From an uncultured Coriobacteriales bacterium (lineage in GTDB: Bacteria; Actinomycetota; Coriobacteriia; Coriobacteriales; Atopobiaceae), in contig CAMOLV010000001.1 in assembly GCA_946619045.1 (NCBI GenBank), forward strand, positions 1-45,183: a DNA stretch of 45,183 nucleotides, in the 5' to 3' direction. The first letter of the stretch is position 1. Each line of letters opens with the position of its first letter. The notes beneath the pieces are model-generated. The model made no database searches. It was not told the origin of the DNA and was given only the letters and a program-made list of their open reading frames with translations. Shown here in pieces: positions 25,793 to 34,579 of the stretch. Both the position numbers and the translations under genes were made by a program.

Positions 25793-26914
25793 TTATCCCT
25801 CCACGAACAGCGGAACGGCGAAGATGTTGAAGGCGGGCAGCCGATCGAGCGTGGGCTGCGTCTCGATGAGGACCGTGCCGATGGATTTCCCTCCCTGGGT
25901 CCACCCCACGGCGCCGACCATCTGGCCGGGCTCGACGAGGACGGAATCCCTGAGCATGGAGGTCTCGAAGGCGAGCTGCTGCCCGGTGTTGTAGTAGCCG
26001 ATCTCGACGGACTCGCGCGGGTATGCCGCGCAGGTGAAGCGGAAGTCGTAGGCGTACGGCCTGGCGTCGATCAGCCAGGAATCGGAGGCGATTGCGCGCG
26101 ACGTCCTGACCGAGTAGCCCCAATCGAGGAGCTCCATCGTATCCTCCCAGCGGCCCCAATCGCTGTCGCAGCCGAGGACGCAGGTGTAGAGCGTCGTGCC
26201 GTATCGGCGCGCGGCGCCGAGGAAGCAGTAGCCGGATTTCTCGGAGCCCGTCTTGATGCCGAGGGCCCCCTCGTAGTTGAGCACGAGGTAGTCGGTGGTA
26301 TCGAATGTCTGGAGCCAGCCGTCCGTGTATGCCTCCGTGTACTCGAGGCGCACGGTGCTGGCGATGAAGGGATAGTTCTCGAGCGCATAGCGGCCAAGTA
26401 CGGCAAGGTCCGCGACGGACGAGTAATGGCCATCCTCCTCGAGGCCGTGGGGGTTGGCGAAATGGGTGTGCGTCATGCCCAGCTCGAGCGCCTTCTCGTT
26501 CATGAGCGAGACGAACGCATCGACCGACCCGGCCACGTTCTGCGCGATGTAGACCGCGGCGTCGTTGCCGGAGTAGACGAGCAGCACGCGCAGGAGCTCG
26601 CGCAGCGTGGGCGTATCCCCCGAGACGAACCCTGCGGTCTGCGAATACGGGCCCAGGTCAACGTAATCGACCGTGCAGACGGTGTCGAGGTCGATGCCGC
26701 TGTCGAGCGCGACGACGGCCGTCATGACCTTGGTGACCGAGGCCATGCCCATCTCGCGCTCTGCATTCTTGCTCCAGAGGACGTTTCCCGACGCGTCGAC
26801 GACGATGGCCGCCTGGGCCTCGGAGATATCGGGGGTCGTTTCGAATGCGAGCGCGGGTTTGCAGAAGACGAGCAGGCAGGCGAACAGTGCGAGAAAGACG
26901 TTCCTAAGCTTCAT
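25793..26914 (-). CDS. D-alanyl-D-alanine carboxypeptidase (peptidase S11)
   Basis: SVTK, SGN and KTG motifs, FANPHGL, signal peptide. Confidence 0.93.
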   Translation of the reverse strand: MKLRNVFLALFACLLVFCKPALAFETTPDISEAQAAIVVDASGNVLWSKNAEREMGMASVTKVMTAVVALDSGIDLDTVCTVDYVDLGPYSQTAGFVSGDTPTLRELLRVLLVYSGNDAAVYIAQNVAGSVDAFVSLMNEKALELGMTHTHFANPHGLEEDGHYSSVADLAVLGRYALENYPFIASTVRLEYTEAYTDGWLQTFDTTDYLVLNYEGALGIKTGSEKSGYCFLGAARRYGTTLYTCVLGCDSDWGRWEDTMELLDWGYSVRTSRAIASDSWLIDARPYAYDFRFTCAAYPRESVEIGYYNTGQQLAFETSMLRDSVLVEPGQMVGAVGWTQGGKSIGTVLIETQPTLDRLPAFNIFAVPLFVEG

Positions 26915-27623
26915 CTGCGCTCTTCTCGCGAATGATCTGAATGCCCTTGCAGGTGTAGATGACGGCGGTGAGGATCGAGAAGAAGAGCCCCACGTACACG
27001 AAGAGGATGCCGAGCGCGACCGGCTGGCTGTTCAGGCCGGGAAGCCACCATTTGTCGAAGATGCCGAGGCCGTTGACCACGGGGATCCCGAGCAGCATAT
27101 CGCAGAAGCCGAACATGAGGCAGGCGGTCGCGATCTTGCCGACGAAGACGACATCGACGGGCCTGCGCTGGTACTGCTGGAGATAGACGGCTCCGCCGGC
27201 GAGATACACGTCGCGGCCGATGACGACGAGGGCGACCCAGAACGGCAGCTCGTCGGCCATGACGAGGCCGAGGACGCCCGTGAAGAGCAGGACGCGGTCC
27301 ATGATGGGATCCATGATCTTGCCGAGCCAGCTCACCGTCTGCGTCCTGCGGGCCACCTGACCGTCGAGGAAGTCGGTGACGGCCGCGATCACATAGCAGA
27401 CGAGCGCCACGCCGCGGGCATGCGCCTTGGGGAACAGGAACAGGAAGAACATCGTGAGGATGAGCCTGCAGAGCGTGATGAAGTTTGCGACCGTGAAGAT
27501 GGCGCTCGAAGGGTTCTCGGGCGTGCCGACCGGGGCCTCGACGGATCCGGCCTGCTGCCTCATCGCGGTTTCAGAATCAACCGCCTGCTTGATTTGATCT
27601 GTTGCGGTCTGCTGCTCGTCCAC
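26904..27623 (-). CDS. CDP-alcohol phosphatidyltransferase family protein (PgsA2/cardiolipin synthase-like)
   Basis: ANFITLCR, TDFLDGQVARRTQTVSWLGKIMDPIMDR, GKIAT. Confidence 0.88.
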   Translation of the reverse strand: MDEQQTATDQIKQAVDSETAMRQQAGSVEAPVGTPENPSSAIFTVANFITLCRLILTMFFLFLFPKAHARGVALVCYVIAAVTDFLDGQVARRTQTVSWLGKIMDPIMDRVLLFTGVLGLVMADELPFWVALVVIGRDVYLAGGAVYLQQYQRRPVDVVFVGKIATACLMFGFCDMLLGIPVVNGLGIFDKWWLPGLNSQPVALGILFVYVGLFFSILTAVIYTCKGIQIIREKSADEA

Positions 27624-27731
27624 TGCCGGGTCTTCTCTTCCTATCGAATGATTTCCGCTAAGGATTGTACCCTAATGGAATCTGGAAACGTATCCGCTTG
27701 AACGCTGTGTGACGCTCGCGTGAAGAACTCA

Positions 27732-29060
27732 TCAGCAGATGTTGCCGATCAGGCGGATGAGCGCTCTGACCGACTGGAGATAGCTGCGTTTGGAGATACG
27801 CTCGTCGATGCCGTGGATGCGCGCCTCGTCGTCGGGTGGCGCGACGTACGGAAGCACGCGGATGCTCTGGGCGGTCACCGCCTCATAGCGTATGGCATCG
27901 CATCCGCCCACCATGAAGAGCGGTATGCAGGTGATTCCCGGGTAATATCGTCCGAACGACTCGACGATGCCCCCGTAGAGGGGGCCGTCCGGCGAATCCT
28001 GGCGCGCGGACGGGGTCAGGCGCGCGACCTCGAGTCCGACCCCCTCGGGAAGGGCTTCTTCGACGTTCGAGATGAACATATCGATATCGGTATCGGGAAG
28101 CAGCCTGAAGTTGATGATCGCGGCGGCATCTTCGGGCAGGGCGTTCGACGCGGGGGATGAACCCTCGACCTGTGTCACGGCCATGGTCTCGCAGGCGAAC
28201 GGGAAACCCTCCCTGCATGATGCGATGGAAGCGATGAGCGTATCGTCGGCCTCCAGGCCGAGTCTCTCCACCGCCTGAGCGAGCAGCGGGGAGAAGCGCG
28301 GGCCGGGCATGGAGCTCCTGACGGCGACGACCGCCTCGGCGAGCTTCTCGAGCGAAGAGCCGCCGAACGGATTGGAGGCGTGGCCGCCCGACCCTTTGGC
28401 GGTAAGACGCAGGGTGAGGAATCCCTTCTGCGAGAGGCAGAGCGTCTGGACGCGTATTCCCGGCGCCCCGAATGCGGCGCCATCCATATGGCTCGTGGTT
28501 CCCTCGTCGAGCAGGAGCGCATCGTGGACGCCGCGCGAGGCGAGGACGGAGGCGAGCAGATCCGCACCTGCGCTCACCGTCTCCTCGTCATCGCCGAAGG
28601 CGAGCACGATCGTCCTCGCAGGACGACCCGAGACGGCGAGCAGGTGCTCCACGGCTTCGAGCTCTGCGAAGAGCATGCCCTTGATATCCAAAGACCCGCG
28701 TCCCCAGATGTACTCGTCATCATCGCAGCCCTCGAACGGCGGGTGCGTCCAGCCATCATCATCTGCGGGAACGACGTCCTGATGGGCGATCATGATGAGC
28801 GGCTCGAGGGATGCGTCGGTTCCCTCGAGCGTTATGAGCACATTGTTGCCGAAGAGCTCGAATGATGCGGCTTCCATGAGGCGGGGATACGACGAGCGGA
28901 TATGCTCATGGAGCTTGGAGAACTCCCCCGCATCGCGCACGGTATCGACCGTGCGGAACGATATTGCACGGGAGAGGCGCGCGAACATAGCATCGGGCTG
29001 GAGCTCGGGATAGTCCTCCTCATGCCCGTAGAGGGCGTATGTCTCCTCCGGACGCGCCAT
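27732..29060 (-). CDS. M20/M25/M40 metallo-hydrolase
   Basis: AHQDVVP, WGRGSLDIKG, DEE, DEG, GGHAS, IHGIDERI. Confidence 0.9.
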   Translation of the reverse strand: MARPEETYALYGHEEDYPELQPDAMFARLSRAISFRTVDTVRDAGEFSKLHEHIRSSYPRLMEAASFELFGNNVLITLEGTDASLEPLIMIAHQDVVPADDDGWTHPPFEGCDDDEYIWGRGSLDIKGMLFAELEAVEHLLAVSGRPARTIVLAFGDDEETVSAGADLLASVLASRGVHDALLLDEGTTSHMDGAAFGAPGIRVQTLCLSQKGFLTLRLTAKGSGGHASNPFGGSSLEKLAEAVVAVRSSMPGPRFSPLLAQAVERLGLEADDTLIASIASCREGFPFACETMAVTQVEGSSPASNALPEDAAAIINFRLLPDTDIDMFISNVEEALPEGVGLEVARLTPSARQDSPDGPLYGGIVESFGRYYPGITCIPLFMVGGCDAIRYEAVTAQSIRVLPYVAPPDDEARIHGIDERISKRSYLQSVRALIRLIGNIC

Positions 29061-29576
29061 CTAGATCTGCATGCAAAGCTCGGATGCGGCCTTGCGCTCG
29101 AAGTGGTGGCGCGAAGGATGGGCGTCGTCGGCGGCATACCCGATCGGGAAGATGCCCACAAGGCGGAACCCGTCGGTCTCGGTGAACGCCTCCTGGATGG
29201 CGTCGGCATTGAAATCCCCCACCCAGAGAGCGCCGAGCCCGAGATCCTGCGCGGCGAGGAGCATGTGGGCTCCGACGATGCCGCCGTCGATGTCGGCGAA
29301 GTTCACCTTGCTCAGGCGGCTCTCCCCCGCCTCATCGGGCTTGACGCCGAGGATGAGGAGGACGGGTGCGTTGAAATGGTAGGGGGTCGATGCGCGCACG
29401 ACCTTCTGCGAGATGGGATCGGAGACCTCCCAGACGTACCATGCCTGGTTGTCGCAGGCTGTCGGCGCTGCGATGGCGGCTTCGATGATCTTGTCGATCT
29501 TGATGCGCTCGACGGGCCTGTCGGAGAACTGACGGCAGGAATACCGCTCATGTGCAAGGGTGACGAAGTCGTTCAT
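29061..29576 (-). CDS. Nitroreductase family protein
   Basis: RYSCRQF, AAPTACDNQAW, MLLAAQDLGLGALW, PIGY. Confidence 0.9.
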   Translation of the reverse strand: MNDFVTLAHERYSCRQFSDRPVERIKIDKIIEAAIAAPTACDNQAWYVWEVSDPISQKVVRASTPYHFNAPVLLILGVKPDEAGESRLSKVNFADIDGGIVGAHMLLAAQDLGLGALWVGDFNADAIQEAFTETDGFRLVGIFPIGYAADDAHPSRHHFERKAASELCMQI

Positions 29577-29614
29577 GGGAGCTCCCTTCGATTTTGCTGT
29601 GCACAGTATAGCCG

Positions 29615-30136
29615 CTATCCGACGAGCTTCTCCATCCAAACCATGCTGTAGGTTCGCCCGAATTTACATCCGCAATCATGGAATAACCCGACGATCTTGA
29701 AGCCGAGATGCTCGTGGAATCGCACGCTGCCGTACCCGAGGTATTCATCGACCTCGTTCGGATAGGAGATGCATGCGTAGAGGTTCGTTATCCCTTGGTC
29801 GCGCAGGCGCCGCTCGAGCTCGGCATAGAGCTCCGTTCCGATGCCCGTGCGGGTGAATCGGCGGTCGAGGTAGATGGAGAGCTCGACGCACGCATCGTAG
29901 GCCGCCTGCCTGCGGAACCGCGCGGCATAGGCATATCCCGCCACGGCGCCGTCGATTTCCGCTACGAGGAAGGGATACGTGGCGCTCACAGCATCGATCA
30001 GTTCCTCGAACCCCTCGACGCTTCGAGCCGTGCAATCGAAGGTGACGGCGGTCTTCTCGACGTAGTATTCGTAGATACGGGCGAATGCGGCGGCATCTTC
30101 GCTGCGGGCATACCGGATGACGATGTCGGCGGGCAT
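29615..30136 (-). CDS. GNAT acetyltransferase, phosphinothricin/methionine-sulfoximine acetyltransferase-like
   Basis: IYEYYVEKTAVTF, GYAYA..FR..AAY, ELSIYL, GIGTELY, SVRFHEHLGF, GCKFGR. Confidence 0.9.
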   Translation of the reverse strand: MPADIVIRYARSEDAAAFARIYEYYVEKTAVTFDCTARSVEGFEELIDAVSATYPFLVAEIDGAVAGYAYAARFRRQAAYDACVELSIYLDRRFTRTGIGTELYAELERRLRDQGITNLYACISYPNEVDEYLGYGSVRFHEHLGFKIVGLFHDCGCKFGRTYSMVWMEKLVG

Positions 30137-30146
30137 CGGCACTCCC

Positions 30147-30257
30147 CTATCCGAGGTTGCAGTATGCCTGGCCCATCAGGATATGGGCGTAGGTACGAGC
30201 TGGGACGGCGGCGATGGTGCCCATAGATGCCGAAACGAACGACCTGCGTGAAAGCAT
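30147..30257 (-). pseudogene. 36-aa ORF starting with a twin-arginine signal (MLSRRSFVSAS...); small protein or remnant of a Tat-secreted protein
   Basis: Strong GAGGGGGAG RBS 6 nt upstream; SRRxF motif; stops after 36 codons. Confidence 0.45.
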
Positions 30258-30342
30258 GGAATTCTCCCCCTCGGAAACCGGATGCGCGGCTGCGATGCGG
30301 GTATCTGCAGTTCCCATGGTACCCATTGAGGGAAAGCCTGTT

Positions 30343-30372
30343 AAAGAAAAAGCCAGAGGATTAACCTCTGGC
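30343..30372 (-). terminator. Rho-independent terminator after tRNA-Pro
   Basis: Minus strand GCCAGAGG-TTAAT-CCTCTGGC-TTTTTCTTT. Confidence 0.85.
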
Positions 30373-30382
30373 CTGAGAATTC

Positions 30383-30459
<77 letters not shown>

Positions 30460-30471
30460 AAAGCACAGAAA

Positions 30472-30499
30472 ATTATAGCCGTCTCTGAGAACTATGCAA
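30472..30499 (-). promoter_or_regulatory. Predicted tRNA promoter TTGCAT-N16-TATAAT
   Basis: Consensus -10 12 nt upstream of the mature tRNA 5' end. Confidence 0.6.
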
Positions 30500-31064
30500 G
30501 TGTCGACTTCAACTCTTCTACAGAAACTATTTCCGAACCATAGCATTTGCCGAACATATCGATGGCGCCCTCCTGCGTTCCGACCCCGAGGAACGTGATG
30601 GTGGCGTCCTCGACCACGACCGTCTTGAAGTTGCGGTAGAAGGCATCGGCGAGCGTATGGAGCACGCAGACGTTCGTATCGCATCCGACGACGATCAGCG
30701 TATCGGCTCCGATCTCGGACAGCGTGAGCTCGAGGTCGGTCTGGAAGAAGGCGCTGTAGCGGCGCTTGGGGATGATCAGGTCGCAATCCTCGACCTCGAT
30801 CTCGGGGAAGATGCGCGTACGCCCCTTGATGCCGTGGGGACCCCAGAGCTCGAGCTCCTGGTCGAGGCCCTCGATATGGGCATCGTTGCAGAAGATCACG
30901 GGGATCTCGTTCTCATGTGCAAGCTCGACGACTTCGGCGACGTTGGCGCGGAAGGCCGCCATCTCGGGGCTGAGCTCGTTGTTATAGACGGTATCCTCCC
31001 CTTCCGTCGCGGAATCGATGGCGTCAACCACGATCAGCACGCTGTAATCAAGATCGGTATCCAT
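30492..31064 (-). CDS. Isochorismatase/nicotinamidase family cysteine hydrolase
   Basis: IVVD, KRRYSAFFQTDL, GCDTNVCV (Asp-Lys-Cys triad). Confidence 0.9.
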   Translation of the reverse strand: MDTDLDYSVLIVVDAIDSATEGEDTVYNNELSPEMAAFRANVAEVVELAHENEIPVIFCNDAHIEGLDQELELWGPHGIKGRTRIFPEIEVEDCDLIIPKRRYSAFFQTDLELTLSEIGADTLIVVGCDTNVCVLHTLADAFYRNFKTVVVEDATITFLGVGTQEGAIDMFGKCYGSEIVSVEELKSTLA

Positions 31065-31128
31065 ATCTGCTCCTTATGCGCGGGGAATGCTACTGTCTTA
31101 TCTATACACGATTGAAGGGCAGATTGCC

Positions 31129-31440
31129 ATGGATTCGTTCTTCGAACAGGTCTACGAGATGGTGCGGCAGATCCCCTCCGGTCGCGTCGCAAGCTATGGG
31201 CAGATCGCGCGCCTCGTAGGGTCTCCGCGCAAAGCGCGTTTCGTCGGGTTCGCCATGCATGCGAGCCCCGGGATGGCGGGCGGCGTCCCCTGCCACCGCG
31301 TGGTGTTCAAGGATGGGTCCCTTGCACCCGGGTTCGCTTTCGGAGGCCCGGACGTGCAGAAGGAGATGCTCCTCGGCGAGGGCATCTCCTTCAAAGACGA
31401 ATCGCATGTCGATATGGACGCGTGCTCCTGGGAGGTCTGA
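31129..31440 (+). CDS. Single-domain MGMT family (O6-alkylguanine alkyltransferase/ATL-sized) protein
   Basis: IPSGRVASYGQIA, ARFVG, PCHRVV. Confidence 0.88.
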   Translation: MDSFFEQVYEMVRQIPSGRVASYGQIARLVGSPRKARFVGFAMHASPGMAGGVPCHRVVFKDGSLAPGFAFGGPDVQKEMLLGEGISFKDESHVDMDACSWEV

Positions 31441-31444
31441 CCAA

Positions 31445-31478
31445 CCTTGCAACGAGGGACGGTCCTCTCGTTGCAAGG
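31445..31478. terminator. Hairpin between convergent genes, probable bidirectional terminator
   Basis: CCTTGCAACGAG...CTCGTTGCAAGG 12-bp perfect stem filling the gap between two stop codons. Confidence 0.75.
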
Positions 31479-31838
31479 CTAGGCGCTGCGCGTGGCTATG
31501 ATGTCGACGCCGGTTCCCGCAGCATCGCTCACCACGACGTCGCCGATGGCGACCGGGGCGGTGACGGTGACGCCCTTGAGCGAGGCGACGACGTCGAAGA
31601 CCTTCGACTTGGGCACATCGCCGGCGGTCTTGACCGACACCATATGGTGCATCGCGCTTCCGACGACGGGCACGGACGACGTCACGACGCGGACGGGGTT
31701 CGTGGCCTCGGCCTGGGCGTAGACCTCGCCGCGCTTGCATGAGTTGCCGGTGATCGAGACGACCTGCCCGCCATCGACGACGGCATCGATCTGGCAGCCT
31801 CGAGGGCACCTGATGCAGGTGAGATGGATGGTTTCCAT
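31479..31838 (-). CDS. DUF1667 domain protein (CxxCPxGC...C)
   Basis: TCIRCPRGC, GNSCKRG..YA..E, VSVKT, APV.IGD. Confidence 0.88.
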   Translation of the reverse strand: METIHLTCIRCPRGCQIDAVVDGGQVVSITGNSCKRGEVYAQAEATNPVRVVTSSVPVVGSAMHHMVSVKTAGDVPKSKVFDVVASLKGVTVTAPVAIGDVVVSDAAGTGVDIIATRSA

Positions 31839-31841
31839 GGC

Positions 31842-33107
31842 TTATGCCTCCTCGAGCTTGAAGGTGATCGAAGCGAGGCCGGGATGCGCGAGAAGCTCGG
31901 CCTTCTTGAGCACGACCTGCTCCATCTCGCCGGGAGCCATGATCATGCGCTTGCGATGGTAGATTCGGTCGCCGTCGAGATACACCGACACATAGCGGTT
32001 CTCGTAGACGTTGCCCACGCGGAAGCGGACGGTGAGCTCGTCGGGCATGCGCTCGGGGTCGATGGACTGCGGGACGGTGTAGCGGACGCCGTCTGTGGCG
32101 GTCACGGGGACGGAGACGCCGTTCTCCTCGAGGCTGCCTGCAACGTATGCCGCGGCGTTGCGGCCGGCGACGGCGGCCTCCTGCGACACGTAGTCGACGA
32201 GATCGTGCACGTGGAGCACGTTGCCGGCGGCGAAGATGCCGTCGACCTTGGTCTCGAGCACCTCGTTGACGACGGGCCCGCGGGTGACGGGAGAGAGCTC
32301 GACGCCGGCGGTGAGCGACAGCTCGTTCTCGGGGATGAGGCCGACCGAGAGGAGCAGGGTGTCGCAGGGATACGTGACCTCGGTGCCGGGGATGGGCTTG
32401 CCATGGCCATCGACCTCGGCGATGACGACGGCCTCGACGCGCTTCTGGCCCTCGATGCGCACGACGGTGTGCGAGAGCAGCAGCGGGATGCCGAAATCGT
32501 CGAGGCACTGGACGATGTTGCGCTTGAGGCCGCCCGAATAGGGCATGAGCTCGGCCACGCAGGCGACATGCGCGCCCTCGAAGGTCATGCGGCGCGCCAT
32601 GATGAGTCCGATATCGCCGGAGCCGAGGATGACGACCTCGCGGCCCGGCATGAATCCCTCGATGTTGACCAGGCGCTGGGCGGTGCCGGCGCTGTAGATG
32701 CCCGCAGGACGGTATCCGGGGATGTTGAGCGCGCCGCGCGGGCGCTCGCGGCATCCCATGGCGAGCACGATGGCCTTCGCCTGGATGAACTGCATGCCCT
32801 CCGCCTGGCTCACGGCCGTCACGAGCTTGTCGGAAGAGACGTCGATGACCATGGTGTCGAGCATGAAGTCGATGCCGCCCTCGAGGGCGAGCTTCTCGAA
32901 GCGAGCGGCGTATTCAGGGCCGGTGAGCTCCTCATCGAAGGTGATGAGGCCGAATCCGTTGTGGATGCACTGGTTGAGGATGCCTCCGAGCTCGCGGTCG
33001 CGCTCGATGACGAGAATGGAGGCGCAGCCTGCATCGCGTGCCGCGATGGCGGCGGCAAGTCCGGCGGGGCCTCCGCCGATCACGACGATATCGTAGTTGA
33101 CGGTCAT
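31842..33107 (-). CDS. NAD(P)/FAD-dependent oxidoreductase (partner of GlpA-like dehydrogenase)
   Basis: GGGPAG, GGILNQCIHNGFG, LTGPEY, GCRERPRG, GSGDIGLIMARR, GNVLHVHDLVD. Confidence 0.88.
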   Translation of the reverse strand: MTVNYDIVVIGGGPAGLAAAIAARDAGCASILVIERDRELGGILNQCIHNGFGLITFDEELTGPEYAARFEKLALEGGIDFMLDTMVIDVSSDKLVTAVSQAEGMQFIQAKAIVLAMGCRERPRGALNIPGYRPAGIYSAGTAQRLVNIEGFMPGREVVILGSGDIGLIMARRMTFEGAHVACVAELMPYSGGLKRNIVQCLDDFGIPLLLSHTVVRIEGQKRVEAVVIAEVDGHGKPIPGTEVTYPCDTLLLSVGLIPENELSLTAGVELSPVTRGPVVNEVLETKVDGIFAAGNVLHVHDLVDYVSQEAAVAGRNAAAYVAGSLEENGVSVPVTATDGVRYTVPQSIDPERMPDELTVRFRVGNVYENRYVSVYLDGDRIYHRKRMIMAPGEMEQVVLKKAELLAHPGLASITFKLEEA

Positions 33108-34564
33108 GCGACATCGCCTCCTTCCAGCTCCTTATCGCGTCCGACGATCAGCTCCGAGCCGGGGCCGGCCTTGGTGACGTCGGAGAACGCGAGGTCGGAG
33201 AGCTCGCGGTCGAGGATCTCCATGATCTTGGGGGTGCAGAATCCGGCCTGGCAGCGGCCCATGCACGCCTCGGTGCGGCGCTTGATGCCGTCGAGCGAGC
33301 GCGCTCCCAGCGGATGGTGGATGGCGGAGACGATCTGCGCCTCGGTGACCTTGCGGCAGCGGCAGATGACGCGGCCGTATGCGGGGTCCTTCTCGATGAG
33401 CGCGGCCCACTGCTCGTCGGTCGCCCACTCGACGTTGGGAATCCCCTCGCGGGTCGCGATGAAGTCGTCGCGCATCTCGGGGTGCAGGATGCCGTCGACG
33501 ATCTCGGCGACCATCTCGCCGATCGCGGGAGCGGACGTGAGGCCGGGAGACTCGATGGCGGCGCAATCGATGAACCCGGGAGCGCCCTCGACCTCTCCGA
33601 TGGCGAAATCATGCTCGGCGCGATGGGCGCGCAGGCCGGAGAACGAGGTGATCGTCTCGCGGAACGGAATGTTCTTCACGCTGAGCGGGGCTTTGGCGAG
33701 CAGCTCCTGGAGGCCTGCCGCCGTGGTGTCGGTGCCCTCCTTCTCATCGATATCCTCGGCCGTCGGGCCGACGAGGAGGTTGCCCGCGGTGGTGGGGGTC
33801 ACGAGCACGCCCTTGCCGAGCTTGGTGGGGAGCTGGAAGACCGTGTGGCCGACATGCCTGCCCGCCGTGGTGTCGAGCACGAAATACTGCCCGCGGCGAG
33901 GCGTGATCTCCATCTTGTCGTCGGACACCATGTTGTGGATGCTGTCGGCGTAGACGCCTGCGGCGTTGATGACGCAGCGGGCACGGTACTCCTCGCCGGG
34001 CGTGGAGACGAGCCAGCAGTCCCCGTCGCGGACGACGCCTGTGACCTCGGTGTTGAAGTCGAATTCCGCTCCGTTTGCGAGCGCGTTCTCGGCCAACGCC
34101 CAGTTGAGCTGGAACGGGTTGACGATGGAGGCGGTAGGCGCCCAGAGCGCGGCCACGACCTCGTCGGCAAGGTTGGGCTCGAGCTCGCGCAGCTCCTCGC
34201 CGCGGACGATGCGCAGATCCTTGACGCCGTTTGCGACACCGCGGTCGAGAAGGGCCTGGAGGCCGGGGATGTCCTCCTCCGAGGTGCAGACGACCAGGGA
34301 TCCGATATTCTTGAGATCAACCCCCAGATCCTCGCAGAGCGGCCCCATGAGCTCGTTTCCGCGAACATTGAGCTTCGCCATGAGCGAACCGGTAGCCGCG
34401 TCGAATCCGGCGTGGACGATGGCGGAGTTGGCCTTGGTGGTGCCGCAGCACACATCCTCCTCGCGCTCGAGCACGCAGATGCTCAGCTTGCGCTTCGAGA
34501 GCTCGCGTGCGCATGCGGCGCCCGCGACGCCTGCTCCGATAATAAGAACATCGATGGTTTCCAC
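33104..34564 (-). CDS. FAD-dependent oxidoreductase with C-terminal BFD-like [2Fe-2S] domain (glycerol-3-phosphate dehydrogenase/LhgO-like)
   Basis: IIGAGVAG, TTKANSAIVHAGFD, PRRGQY, GKGVLVTPT, IESPGLT, CRCRKVT...GRCQAGFC. Confidence 0.85.
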   Translation of the reverse strand: METIDVLIIGAGVAGAACARELSKRKLSICVLEREEDVCCGTTKANSAIVHAGFDAATGSLMAKLNVRGNELMGPLCEDLGVDLKNIGSLVVCTSEEDIPGLQALLDRGVANGVKDLRIVRGEELRELEPNLADEVVAALWAPTASIVNPFQLNWALAENALANGAEFDFNTEVTGVVRDGDCWLVSTPGEEYRARCVINAAGVYADSIHNMVSDDKMEITPRRGQYFVLDTTAGRHVGHTVFQLPTKLGKGVLVTPTTAGNLLVGPTAEDIDEKEGTDTTAAGLQELLAKAPLSVKNIPFRETITSFSGLRAHRAEHDFAIGEVEGAPGFIDCAAIESPGLTSAPAIGEMVAEIVDGILHPEMRDDFIATREGIPNVEWATDEQWAALIEKDPAYGRVICRCRKVTEAQIVSAIHHPLGARSLDGIKRRTEACMGRCQAGFCTPKIMEILDRELSDLAFSDVTKAGPGSELIVGRDKELEGGDVA

Positions 34565-34579
34565 ATCAGCCCCCTATGG

